DNA of 64,000 nucleotides from an uncultured delta proteobacterium (lineage in GTDB: Bacteria > Myxococcota > UBA727 > VGSZ01): contig CAVZJB010000016.1 of assembly GCA_963775425.1 (NCBI GenBank), forward strand, positions 992,001-1,056,000, written 5' to 3'. The notes below the pieces were generated by a model. The model saw only the letters and a program-made list of their open reading frames with translations, was not told the DNA's origin and searched no databases. Positions 45,199 to 54,449 of the stretch are shown in pieces. The translations under genes were made by a program, and so were the position numbers. The first letter of the stretch is position 1. Each line of letters opens with the position of its first letter.

Positions 45199-45833
45199 AG
45201 CAGCTCCTCCTCGACGGCGCGCTTGATCTCCGAGCGCACCTCGCCGCCGGGGAGCAGCGGCGCGGTGACGAAGCGAAACCACGCCTGCTCGACGAACGCG
45301 TCGAGCACCTGCGCCCGCTCCTGGAACACCGGGAAGCGCTCGAGCAGGCGCGGGCGCGCGGCGCCGAGCACCTCGGCGAGCGTGCCGAGGGCGGGCGGCA
45401 ACACCTGCTCCAGGCGCTGGCGCACCTTGCGGGCGAGCGCGGGGCTCGCCCCCGACGTGCCCACGACGACCGCGAGCGGGCCGCGACGGATCATGGCGCC
45501 GCTGTAGAAGTCCGACTGCTCCGCGCGGTCCACCACGTTCACGAGCGCGCCGTGGGCGCGGGCGTCGGCGGCCACGGCGTCGTCGACGGCGCGATCACCC
45601 GTGGCCGCGACCACGATGAACGCACCGGCCGTGTCCCCCGGCGCGAACGCACGCGCGAGGTGCTCCACGCCGGCCGGGGGCGGCCCACCCGAAGCCAGCT
45701 CGGGGCTGATCAGGGCGACCCGCGCCCCCGCGTCCGCGAGCTCCGCGGCCTTGTGGCGGCCGACGGCGCCGCCGCCGACGACGACGGCGCGCTTGCCCGC
45801 CACCTTCAGGAACATCGGGTACAGCGGCTTCAT
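45195..45833 (-). CDS. Precorrin-2 dehydrogenase/sirohydrochlorin ferrochelatase (CysG N-terminal/SirC-like)
   Basis: YPMFL, VVGGGAVG..K, VNVVD, GTSGASPALA. Confidence 0.92.
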   Translation of the reverse strand: MKPLYPMFLKVAGKRAVVVGGGAVGRHKAAELADAGARVALISPELASGGPPPAGVEHLARAFAPGDTAGAFIVVAATGDRAVDDAVAADARAHGALVNVVDRAEQSDFYSGAMIRRGPLAVVVGTSGASPALARKVRQRLEQVLPPALGTLAEVLGAARPRLLERFPVFQERAQVLDAFVEQAWFRFVTAPLLPGGEVRSEIKRAVEEELL

Positions 45834-46252
45834 CGCGCGCACCGCGCGAACAGCGGACGACGCTCGCCGACGTCGCCCTGGTAGCGCACCGAGAAGCGTG
45901 TGAGCGCCGCGAGCGCGTGCTCCTCGTCGCGCGCGTCGCGCAGGATGACCTCGTCGAAGCCGCAGCGTCCGAGAAACGGCAGCGCGTCGACGACCACGGC
46001 GCCCACGGCGCGCAGCCGCCCCTCGAAGCCGCGCTCTCGCAAGACCCGCGCCTGCGTGAAGGGCCGACCCTCGCTCGCCTTGGGGAAGCTCAGGACCACG
46101 CGCTGGACGCCGTCGAGGTCGAGCGCGCCGACGTCGTCGCCGGGCGCGACCTCGAGCGTGCGTCCGCCGGCGGGCGGATCGACGAAGCGCGCGCTCCGCG
46201 GGTCGCCCGCGGGGATCTCGAGGACACGGCGCGACGCCGGGCTCGACGTCAC
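45830..46252 (-). CDS. DUF934 family protein
   Basis: FPKASEGRPFTQARVLR, LRAVG, RCGFD, RYQ; follows the sulfite reductase as is usual. Confidence 0.85.
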   Translation of the reverse strand: MTSSPASRRVLEIPAGDPRSARFVDPPAGGRTLEVAPGDDVGALDLDGVQRVVLSFPKASEGRPFTQARVLRERGFEGRLRAVGAVVVDALPFLGRCGFDEVILRDARDEEHALAALTRFSVRYQGDVGERRPLFARCAR

Positions 46253-46264
46253 GAGGGGCTCCCG

Positions 46265-47941
46265 TCATGCATACACGCGCTCCGCGAAGGGCTTGAGCCC
46301 GATGCGCCGCACGGTGTCGAGGAACCGCTCGTCGTCGCCCTCGCGGTTGTCGACGTAGACCTGCACGATCTTCTCGACCGCGTCGGCGACCTCTTCCCTG
46401 GGGACGGCGGGGCCGATCCACTTGCCGATGCCGGCGTCCGCCTCCTCGGAGCCCCCGAGCAGGATCTGGTAGGCCTCGACGCCCTTCATGTCGACGCCGA
46501 GGATGCCGATGTGGCCGACGTGGTGGTGGCCGCAGGAGTTGATGCAGCCGGACATCTTCAACTTGATCTCGCCGAGATCGTAGAGCTGGTCGAGGTCGTC
46601 GAAGCGCTCCGTGACCGCCTGCGCCACCGGGATGGAGGCGGTGTTGGCGAGGTTGCAGTAGTCGAGGCCGGGGCAGCAGATGATGTCCTGGAGCGTGCCG
46701 ATGTTCGCCTGCGCGAGCCCGAGCGCCCGCAGCTCGCGCCACAGCGCCGGCAGCGCCGCCTCTTCGACGTCGCCGAGGAGCAGGTTCTGCGTGTGCGTCG
46801 CGCGCGCTTGTCCGCGGCTGTAGCGGTCGGCGAGGTCGGCCACCGCCTCGAGCTCCTCGGCGGTGACGTCGCCGGGCGGCCGGGTGCTGCCGTCGAGCCG
46901 CGTGCCCTTGAGCGACACGTACGCCGCGCGCAGGCCCTTCACTTTGTGCTCGACGGTGTTGAAGCGCTTCCAGCGCATGAACGCCTTGGCCTCGTCCTCG
47001 TCGAGCAGGCGCGCGTCGCGGGGCGGGGTCGCCGGCGCCGGCGTCGTCGCGGGCGCCGGCGGCGCGAAGTGCGCGGCGATGCGCGCGATCTCTGCGCGGA
47101 TGTCGGCGGGTCCGGCCGCGAGGATGCGCGCGTGCTCGTCGCGCACCCGCCGCCGGAATTCGTCGATGCCGAGGTCGCGCACGAGGATCTTGATGCGTGC
47201 CTTGTACAGGTTGTCCCGGTTCCCCTCGCGGTTGTACACGCGCAAGACGGCCTCGACATAGGTCAACACGTGCGCGGGATCGAGGTGCTCCTCGACCACA
47301 CGGGCCACGAGCGGCGTGCGCCCGAGGCCGCCGCCGACGAGCACCGCGCAGCGCACCGCGCCGTCGTGGCGGTGCAGGCGCAGGCCGATGTCGTGGACGG
47401 CGGTGGCGGCGCGGTCCGCCGGGGAGCCCGAGACCGCGATCTTGAATTTGCGCGGCAGAAACGACAGCTCGGGATGCAGGGTGGACCACTGCCGCAACAG
47501 CTCGCACCAGGGTCGCGGGTCCTCCACCTCGTCGGCGGCGACGCCCGCGAGGTGATCGCAGGTGATGTTGCGCACGACGTTCCCGCTGGTCTGCAGCGCG
47601 TGCATCTGCGCCCTGGCGAGCGCGGCGAGGATGTCCGGGGTCTCCTCGAGCCGCGGCCAATTGAGCTGGACGTTCTGACGCGTGGTGAAGTGGGCGTAGC
47701 CCTTGTCGTAGTCGCGCGCGATGCCGGCGAGGGCGCGGAGCTGCGCCGAGGACAACATGCCGTACGGCACGGCGACGCGCAGCATGTACGCGTGGAGCTG
47801 GTGGTAGAGGCCGTTTTTCAAGCGAAGCGGCCGGAAGTCCTCCTCGGAGAGCTTGCCCGCCATGAACCGCGCGACCTGGTCGCGGTACTCCGCCACGCGC
47901 TCGTCGACGAGGGTCTGATCGTAGGCGTCATACCGGTACAT
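46265..47941 (-). CDS. cysI: Sulfite reductase hemoprotein (Pseudomonas-type CysI)
   Basis: MYRYD, FTTRQN, LPRKFK, CPGLDYC, SGCINSC siroheme/4Fe-4S ligands. Confidence 0.95.
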   Translation of the reverse strand: MYRYDAYDQTLVDERVAEYRDQVARFMAGKLSEEDFRPLRLKNGLYHQLHAYMLRVAVPYGMLSSAQLRALAGIARDYDKGYAHFTTRQNVQLNWPRLEETPDILAALARAQMHALQTSGNVVRNITCDHLAGVAADEVEDPRPWCELLRQWSTLHPELSFLPRKFKIAVSGSPADRAATAVHDIGLRLHRHDGAVRCAVLVGGGLGRTPLVARVVEEHLDPAHVLTYVEAVLRVYNREGNRDNLYKARIKILVRDLGIDEFRRRVRDEHARILAAGPADIRAEIARIAAHFAPPAPATTPAPATPPRDARLLDEDEAKAFMRWKRFNTVEHKVKGLRAAYVSLKGTRLDGSTRPPGDVTAEELEAVADLADRYSRGQARATHTQNLLLGDVEEAALPALWRELRALGLAQANIGTLQDIICCPGLDYCNLANTASIPVAQAVTERFDDLDQLYDLGEIKLKMSGCINSCGHHHVGHIGILGVDMKGVEAYQILLGGSEEADAGIGKWIGPAVPREEVADAVEKIVQVYVDNREGDDERFLDTVRRIGLKPFAERVYA

Positions 47942-48782
47942 CCACGCCTCCTTCCGCCACCGCTTCCGCCACCGCGTCCGCCGCCCACGACGACGCCACG
48001 ACGGCGGCGCGCACGCTGACGACGTCGCCGACCACGATGACCGCCGGCGCCTGCACGCGAAGCACGCGCGCCTCGACGGCGAGCCGCTCGAGCGTGGTGG
48101 TGGTCACGCGCTCGCCGAGCTGCGCGCCGTTCTCCACGATGGCCACGGGCGTGTCCGGCCGCCGGCCTTCCTCGAGGAGCACCTCGACGATCCGCTCGAC
48201 GACGCGCACCGCCATGAGGAACACCAGCGTGCCCCCGGTGTGCGCCGCCGCGCGCCACGCGGCCTCGGGCGAGACCCGCACGCGCGTCATCCCCGTGAGC
48301 ACGGTGAACGAAGTGGCCACGCCGCGGTGGGTGACGGGGATGCCCGCGAGCGCCGGCACCGCCAATGCGCTCGACAGCCCGGGGACCACCTCACAGCGGA
48401 TGCCGTGCATGGCGAGGGCGAGGGCCTCCTCGGAGCCGCGCCCGAACACGTAGGGGTCGCCGCCCTTCAAGCGGACCACGAAGCGCCCCGCGCGCGCCTC
48501 CTCGACGAGCATCCCGCAGGTCAGCTCCTGCGCGGTCTGCGGCCCGCCGCCGATCTTGCCGACGTCGACGACGCGGGCGCCGGGGCGCACGAGCTCGAGC
48601 ACGCGCTCGTCGACGAGCGCGTCCACGAGGACCACGTCGGCCCGGCCGATGAGGCGCGCCGCGCGGACGGTGAGCAGGTCGGGGTCGCCTGGGCCGGCGC
48701 CGACGAGGGCGACGCAGCCGGCCCTCGGCCCGCCGCGCTCCTCGCGCGCGGCGCGCAGCGCGGTGCTCGAATCAAGCGGCAT
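47928..48782 (-). CDS. cobA: Uroporphyrinogen-III C-methyltransferase
   Basis: LVGAGPGDPDLLT, RLKGGDPYVFGRG, GIPVTHRG. Confidence 0.95.
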   Translation of the reverse strand: MPLDSSTALRAAREERGGPRAGCVALVGAGPGDPDLLTVRAARLIGRADVVLVDALVDERVLELVRPGARVVDVGKIGGGPQTAQELTCGMLVEEARAGRFVVRLKGGDPYVFGRGSEEALALAMHGIRCEVVPGLSSALAVPALAGIPVTHRGVATSFTVLTGMTRVRVSPEAAWRAAAHTGGTLVFLMAVRVVERIVEVLLEEGRRPDTPVAIVENGAQLGERVTTTTLERLAVEARVLRVQAPAVIVVGDVVSVRAAVVASSWAADAVAEAVAEGGVDVPV

Positions 48783-50445
48783 CGGTCCTCCCCGCACGGC
48801 GCCCGCTCACGCTGACGGCGGCGACGACGACGTCGACGAGCGCGTCGAGCGCGTCCGGCGCGTCGAGGGAGGCGCCGCCGAACGGCCGCAGCGCGCCCGG
48901 GACGTCGAAGCCGCACGCGAGCGCGATCAAGCCCGCCGCCGCCAGCACCTGCGCCGCGCGGCGATCGTCCGCGAGCGCGACCGCGAGGCCGCGCTCGAAC
49001 AGGGCGCGCTCGACGACGTTCGGGTCGAGGGAGCCGGGGATCACCACGGCCGCGCCCGTGTGCCCGAAGCGCCGCGCGCGCTCCCCGGCGTCGACGGCGC
49101 GGGTGGAGGCCGCGGCCTCGTCGTCGAGCGCGCCGGTGATGATGCCGCCGCCAGCGACGTCGCGGTCGTCGACGAGAACGAAGCGGGCGCTCGCCTGCAA
49201 CCGGCGATCGGAGTCGAACGCGATGGGCGCGCGCGTCTCGAGCACGACGTCCGCCACCTCGTCCTTCTTCACGCTTTTGGCCTCGTCGCTGGACGACAGC
49301 GAGCCCGCGTCCACCACGCGCTCGACCGCGACCACGCGCGCGTCCGCCTCGAGCGTGCACAGGCGGAGCTTCAGCCGTCGCTCGACGTCGAGGGTGCGCT
49401 TCCCGAGCCAGAACACACGCGCGCGCAACCTGCGCCCCACGTGCGCCCGCGCCTCGGCGCCCGGCGTGGACGACGGAGACGGCGACGCCCGCTCGGGAGT
49501 GGCGACCTGTCCGCGCTCCACGAAGATGGGGTCCGTGAGCGTGAGGCCGACCGAGTCGCCGGCCACCGCCACCGACGTAGACGGCGCCGCCCAGCGCTCG
49601 ATGGTCTTCACCGTCGACACCGCGCCGCTCGGCAGGAAGCGCAGGCGGTCGCCGGTGCGCAGCACGCCCGCGTCGATGCGGCCGGCGATGATGCGGCGGT
49701 CATCGAAGCGGTACACGTCCTGGACGAACAGCCGCAGGGGCAGCTCCTCGTTCGGCCGCGGGCCCTCGAGCGTCAAAAGCTCGTCGAGCACCGTGCGCCC
49801 GGCATACCAGGGCATGTGCGGGCTGCGCGCCACGATGTTTTCGCCCTCGCGCGCGACCACCGGGATGAACGCCCGCGCGGTGACGCCGACCGAAGCGAGG
49901 AACGCGCCGAGCTCGGTCTCGACCGCGCGGAACGCCTGCTCCGACCGGTCCACCCGATCGAGCTTGTTGACGACGACGACGACGTCTTCGATGCCGAGGA
50001 GCGCCAGGAGCTGCGCGTGCCGGCGCGACTGCTCGCGCACGCCCTCGTCCGCGGCGACGAGCAACACCGCGGCGTCGGCGGCGGCGGCGCCGGTGACCAT
50101 GTTGCGCAGGAACTCGCGGTGCCCGGGCGCGTCGACGAGCACCAGGGTGCGCTCCGGCAAGCGCAGCCAGACGGTGGACGCGTCGATGGTGACGTTCTGA
50201 TCGCGCTCCGCCTCGAGCGCGTCGAGGACAAACGCCATCTCGAACGGGACGCCCCGGCGCGCGCAGGAGGCGCGCACGCTCTCGAGCTTGCCCTCGGGCA
50301 GCGCGCCCGAGTCGGCGAGGAGGCGCCCGGTGAGGGTGGACTTGCCGTGGTCGACGTGGCCGACGAGGACGACGCGCAGCGGCGCCGCCGTCGACGGGGG
50401 TGCCGCCTCGGCAGGTGCGGGGCGCACGGCGCGGCGGGCCGTCAC
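48772..50445 (-). CDS. cysN: Sulfate adenylyltransferase GTPase subunit with vestigial APS kinase tail
   Basis: GHVDHGKST, ERDQNVTID, DAPGH, NKLD; short C-terminal CysC-like remnant. Confidence 0.93.
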   Translation of the reverse strand: MTARRAVRPAPAEAAPPSTAAPLRVVLVGHVDHGKSTLTGRLLADSGALPEGKLESVRASCARRGVPFEMAFVLDALEAERDQNVTIDASTVWLRLPERTLVLVDAPGHREFLRNMVTGAAAADAAVLLVAADEGVREQSRRHAQLLALLGIEDVVVVVNKLDRVDRSEQAFRAVETELGAFLASVGVTARAFIPVVAREGENIVARSPHMPWYAGRTVLDELLTLEGPRPNEELPLRLFVQDVYRFDDRRIIAGRIDAGVLRTGDRLRFLPSGAVSTVKTIERWAAPSTSVAVAGDSVGLTLTDPIFVERGQVATPERASPSPSSTPGAEARAHVGRRLRARVFWLGKRTLDVERRLKLRLCTLEADARVVAVERVVDAGSLSSSDEAKSVKKDEVADVVLETRAPIAFDSDRRLQASARFVLVDDRDVAGGGIITGALDDEAAASTRAVDAGERARRFGHTGAAVVIPGSLDPNVVERALFERGLAVALADDRRAAQVLAAAGLIALACGFDVPGALRPFGGASLDAPDALDALVDVVVAAVSVSGRRAGRTDAA

Positions 50446-51326
50446 ATGTACCCCTGCGAGCGCAGGTGCTCGAACGCGTGCTCGCTCTCCTGGTCCTGCG
50501 CGCGCGTGCTGCGCTCGGCGACCTTGGTGGTGCGGAGCTCCTCGATGATCTCGGCCGTCGTCGATGCCGTGGACGCGATGGGCCGCGTGCACGGCGCGCA
50601 GCCGAGCGAGCGGTAGCGGACGCTCTCGCCGTCGGGCCCCGGGTGCGCGAAGTAGATGGGGACGACGGGGATCTGTTCGCGCTCGATGTAGCGCCACACG
50701 TCGATCTCGGTCCAGTGCAGCAGCGGATGCACGCGCACGTGGGTGCCCGGCGCCGTATCGATCTTGAACTGGTCCCAGAGCTCCGGCGGCTGCTCCTTCA
50801 CGTCCCACGCGTTGTCGACGCCGCGCGGAGAGAACACCCGCTCCTTGGCGCGCGTGCCCTCCTCGTCCCTGCGGATGCCGGCGATGACGGCGTCGTAGCC
50901 CTGCTCATGGATCACGCGGTTGAGCGGCTCGGTCTTGAGCGCACCGCAGCACTCGACCCGCGTGGCGTCGCCGTTTGGATAGGTGCGGCCGATGGCGACG
51001 AGGCCGTCGTCGAGACCGCGGTGCGCGCCGAGCGCGGCTTCGTTGCGCCCCACGATCAGGTCGAGGCCCCACTCGCGCGCGAGCCGGTCGCGGAACGCGA
51101 TCATCTCGGGGATCTTGTAGCTGGTGTCGACGTGGACGACGGGGAACGGCACGCGTCCGAAGAACGCCTTGCGCGTGAGCCAGAGCATCACGCTCGAGTC
51201 CTTGCCCACGCTCCACAGCATGGCGAGCCTGTCGAACGCCGCGCGCGCCTCGCGCAGGATGTAGATGGAGCGCGACTCGAGCTCGTCGAGGTCAGTCCTC
51301 GAGGTGGACGCTGCGTCATGCGGCAT
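50442..51326 (-). CDS. cysD: Sulfate adenylyltransferase subunit 2
   Basis: SVGKDS, GIRRDEE..RAKER, QPPELW, YRSLGC..CT. Confidence 0.95.
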   Translation of the reverse strand: MPHDAASTSRTDLDELESRSIYILREARAAFDRLAMLWSVGKDSSVMLWLTRKAFFGRVPFPVVHVDTSYKIPEMIAFRDRLAREWGLDLIVGRNEAALGAHRGLDDGLVAIGRTYPNGDATRVECCGALKTEPLNRVIHEQGYDAVIAGIRRDEEGTRAKERVFSPRGVDNAWDVKEQPPELWDQFKIDTAPGTHVRVHPLLHWTEIDVWRYIEREQIPVVPIYFAHPGPDGESVRYRSLGCAPCTRPIASTASTTAEIIEELRTTKVAERSTRAQDQESEHAFEHLRSQGYM

Positions 51327-52074
51327 GAGGGGCCTCCTTTCTCTGCTCGACCATAGCCGGGTGCGCCGGGTGCAGACCGCACTCCTTGTGCTCCGGCGCT
51401 TCCCACCACCAGCGGCCGGCACGAGGATTTTCTCCCGCTGCGACGGCGCGCGTGCACGGCGCGCAGCCGATGCTCGGGTAGCCCTGCGCGTGCAGCGCGC
51501 TCACGGGGACGTCGTGGACCGCGACGTACTTCCACAGCTCCGCGTCCGTCATGCGCCACAGCGGGCTGAGCTTCACGAGGCCGCGCTCGTCGAGAGCGAA
51601 CGGCGCGAGCGCGGCCCGCGTGGGCGACTGCGCCTGGCGAAGCCCCGTGGCCCACGCGCCGGCGCCGGCGAGCGCGCGACCGAGCGGCTCCACCTTGCGG
51701 ATGCGGCAGCACTCCTTGCGGTCCTCGACGCTGTTTCGGAACGAGCGCGTGCCCTTGATGGTCACGAGCGCCTCGACGGCGGCGCGCTCCGGAAAGAACA
51801 CCTCGACCTCGACGCCGTAGCGCGCGCGCACGCGGTCCATGACGTCGTAGGTCTCCTCGTGCAGCCGGCCGGTGTCGAGCGTGACGACGCGGAAGCGGCG
51901 CGACACGCGCTGCGCGATGTCGATGAGGACGACGTCTTCGGCCGAGAAGCTCGAGGCGAACACCAGCCCCGCGCCGAACCGCTGGATGCCCCACGCGACG
52001 ATCTGCTGGGCGCTCATCGTCGCCGCCCGCGCGTTGAGCGCGGCGACGTCGACGTCGTCATCGATGACGGTCAT
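51316..52074 (-). CDS. cysH: APS reductase (4Fe-4S type CysH)
   Basis: LDTG, ECCRIRKVEP, YPSIGCAPCT, ECGLH. Confidence 0.95.
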   Translation of the reverse strand: MTVIDDDVDVAALNARAATMSAQQIVAWGIQRFGAGLVFASSFSAEDVVLIDIAQRVSRRFRVVTLDTGRLHEETYDVMDRVRARYGVEVEVFFPERAAVEALVTIKGTRSFRNSVEDRKECCRIRKVEPLGRALAGAGAWATGLRQAQSPTRAALAPFALDERGLVKLSPLWRMTDAELWKYVAVHDVPVSALHAQGYPSIGCAPCTRAVAAGENPRAGRWWWEAPEHKECGLHPAHPAMVEQRKEAPHAA

Positions 52075-52297
52075 CAGATCCCCTCCATGGCATCGAGCGC
52101 GCGCGCTGCGGCGCCGGGCGGCGAGCCTGGTGGAACGAGAGCTCGCGCGCGCGCAGCCGGCCCGCGACGTCGAGGGCCGGCGAGCGCGAGCTCACATCGT
52201 CGGCGCGCTTGCGGCGAAAGAGCCGGCCGATCTGCGGCAGGGTCTTTGCCTCGAGCGCGAGCCTTCCGGCGGTTCCGAGGAGCGCGAAGAGCACGCT

Positions 52298-52364
52298 TCC
52301 CATGTGCCGCGCCGCGGCATGGCTGTCAACCAATAAGACAGATCTGTATCCGTAATAGCGGATA
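52298..52364 (-). promoter_or_regulatory. Putative promoter/operator of the cys operon
   Basis: TTGACA on the minus strand at 52324-52329; palindromes ACAGATCTGT (52338-52347) and TATCCG-N6-CGGATA (52347-52364) in an AT-rich patch; the -10 box is weak. Confidence 0.5.
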
Positions 52365-52484
52365 TCGCGCGACCTCCTCGTTCCTCCGAGGCAGTCAGAG
52401 CATCCGTGCGTCTGTGATAACGGACAATCCAGCGGCGCCCACGACGAGCGGCGTCCCGCCGCGAAGGTCGTCGCGTCGCTTTGC

Positions 52485-53579
52485 TCAGCGCGGGTAGCGC
52501 GCGGTGTCGCCGCGGAAACCTCGCAGGACGACGTGGTCCTCGGCCTCTTCGACGAGGGGGCTCGGCCCCATCGGCACCTTGCCGAGGCCGCCCGGCACGT
52601 CGACGACGAAGGTGGGGATGGACAGCCCGCTCAGGTGCCCGCGCAAGGAGCCGTACAGCGCGCGCGCCTCGTCGAGGGGCACGCGGAACGCCTCGGTGCC
52701 GGGGGCGAGGTCGCACTGGTGCAGGTAGTAGGGCCGCGCGCGCAGCCGCGTGAGCGTCCGGAACAGCTCGACGAGCACGGCGCGGTCGTCGTTGACGCCG
52801 CGCAGGAGCACCGTCTGGTTCAGCACCGGGACGCCGGCGTCGACGAGGGCGCCCACGGCCCGCCTGGTGACCTCGGGCTGAAGCTCGCGCGGGTGGTTGA
52901 AGTGCGACAGCACGTAGACGGCCTTTTCGCCCCGCCGCGCGCGGATGAGGTCGACGAGCTCCCGGGTCACCCGCGTGGGGGCGAACGCGAGCATCCGCGT
53001 CGCCAGGCGCACGACGTCGAGGTGCTCGATGCGCGCGAGCGCCGACAGTAGCGACGCCAGCCGCTCGTCGGGGAGCACCAGGGCGTCTCCGCCGGAGACG
53101 ATCACCTCGCGCACCTCTTCGTGCGCGCGGACGTAGCCGAGCGCGGCGCCGAGCTCGTCGAGGGAGGGTCCCGGCCCCTGCCCGACGAAGCGCTTGCGCG
53201 TACAAAAGCGGCAGTACGCGGCGCAGCGGTCGGTGGCGAGGAGCAGCACGCGGTCGGGGTAGCGGTGCACCAGGAACGGCACCACCTCGAGCTCCTCCTC
53301 GCCGAGCGGGTCCTTGCGGTCCCACGACGACGGCGCGAATTCCGCCGCGCGCGGCACCACCTGAAGCCGCAAGGGATCGCGCGGGTCGTCGCGGTCGATG
53401 AGCGAGAGGAAGTGCGGCGTGACCCCGAGGGGGAGCCCGCCTTGTGCTTCGAGCGCCTCGACGCCGGCGCGCTCATCCTCGCTCAAGCGGAGCGCGCTCT
53501 CGAGCTCGACGCGGCGGCGCAGCGCGCCCCGGAGCTGGGCGCGCCAATCGGCGGCGTCGTCGACGACGGGCAACGGCAC
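52485..53579 (-). CDS. KamA-family radical SAM aminomutase (lysine 2,3-aminomutase-like)
   Basis: HRYPDRVL, CAAYCRFCTRKR, SGGD, HFNHPRE, NQTVLLRGVND, PYYL, PGGLGK. Confidence 0.93.
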   Translation of the reverse strand: MPLPVVDDAADWRAQLRGALRRRVELESALRLSEDERAGVEALEAQGGLPLGVTPHFLSLIDRDDPRDPLRLQVVPRAAEFAPSSWDRKDPLGEEELEVVPFLVHRYPDRVLLLATDRCAAYCRFCTRKRFVGQGPGPSLDELGAALGYVRAHEEVREVIVSGGDALVLPDERLASLLSALARIEHLDVVRLATRMLAFAPTRVTRELVDLIRARRGEKAVYVLSHFNHPRELQPEVTRRAVGALVDAGVPVLNQTVLLRGVNDDRAVLVELFRTLTRLRARPYYLHQCDLAPGTEAFRVPLDEARALYGSLRGHLSGLSIPTFVVDVPGGLGKVPMGPSPLVEEAEDHVVLRGFRGDTARYPR

Positions 53580-53658
53580 GGCCCCTCATAGCCAGCGCCG
53601 GCGCCGACGCCAACCGCCCGTCGCGCGCGCTCGGGTCGGGAGGGCCGCGGCGCTTGGC

Positions 53659-54366
53659 CTACTTGCGCTTGGCCTGGGCCTTCTTCTGGCCCTGGGCGCG
53701 CAGCTTGTCGACGTCCAGCCCCTTTTCGCGCATGGCCTCCTCGAGGACGGAGGCCGTGGCCTGGGCGAGCGCGCGGGCGCGGATGCCGAAGGGCTGCTCG
53801 CCCTTGGGGTCCAGGTCCACGGCGTGCTTGAGGTCCCGGAGGGCTTTTTCGATCTCGCCGTGCTGCAGGAGGATCTCGGCGCGGTTGACGTGGGACGCGA
53901 GGTCCTTGGGGTTCAGCTCGATGGCGATGGAGTACTCCTCCTGCGCCTCCTCGTGCATGCCCTTCCTGCCGTAGATGGAGCCGAGCAGCGAGTGGAAGTA
54001 CCCGTCGTACGGGTTGGAGATGACGAGCCCCTCGACGATGGTCTGGGCCTGGTCGTACTTGCCCTGCTCGAAGAGGTTGTACGCGATCTCGGCGAAGGCG
54101 TACGCGTCCTGCATGGTGAGCCCGGTGAGCTCGGCCCACGTGATCTCGCCCAGCACGAACTTGGTGAGGTTCTCGTCACTGAAGTTGGGCGTGTTGATCT
54201 CGCCCGCCTCCATCATCTGAATCACCTCGTCCTGCGAGTAGGTCGAGGGGTCGCGGCGGGGGTCGAAGATCTTCTTCTTTGCCTTGCCCTGCGCGGCCTT
54301 GCTCGTCTCGAGCTGTTTTGCGAGGGCGGAGGCCTTGGCGGATTCGTGGGTTGTCTTCGTCGCCAT
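53659..54366 (-). CDS. SycD/LcrH-like TPR type III secretion class II chaperone
   Basis: GEITWAELTGLT...YAFAEIAYNLFEQGKYDQA...EGLVISNPYD...LG followed by further TPRs. Confidence 0.8.
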   Translation of the reverse strand: MATKTTHESAKASALAKQLETSKAAQGKAKKKIFDPRRDPSTYSQDEVIQMMEAGEINTPNFSDENLTKFVLGEITWAELTGLTMQDAYAFAEIAYNLFEQGKYDQAQTIVEGLVISNPYDGYFHSLLGSIYGRKGMHEEAQEEYSIAIELNPKDLASHVNRAEILLQHGEIEKALRDLKHAVDLDPKGEQPFGIRARALAQATASVLEEAMREKGLDVDKLRAQGQKKAQAKRK

Positions 54367-54396
54367 ACGTGGACCCCAAGTAGCACGCCTGCCTGC

Positions 54397-54431
54397 CAAA
54401 AGGGAACGGCGCCGCCGAAGCAGCGCCGTTC
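54397..54431 (-). terminator. Intrinsic terminator with C(UUCG)G loop
   Basis: Minus-strand GAACGGCGCUGC-UUCG-GCGGCGCCGUUC then CCUUUU, ~18 nt after the stop of 54450..55325. Confidence 0.8.
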
Positions 54432-54449
54432 ATCCAGGACCCGGAGCGA

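Noticed and set aside
52058-52333. 91-aa minus-strand ORF upstream of cysH as a leader peptide
   Set aside because: No Cys/Met enrichment or recognisable motif, and it overlaps the predicted promoter; not supportable.
52485-53579. KamA as part of the T3SS-like module or a beta-amino-acid biosynthetic cluster
   Set aside because: No NRPS, efp/epmA or lysine fermentation genes are adjacent; only proximity links it.
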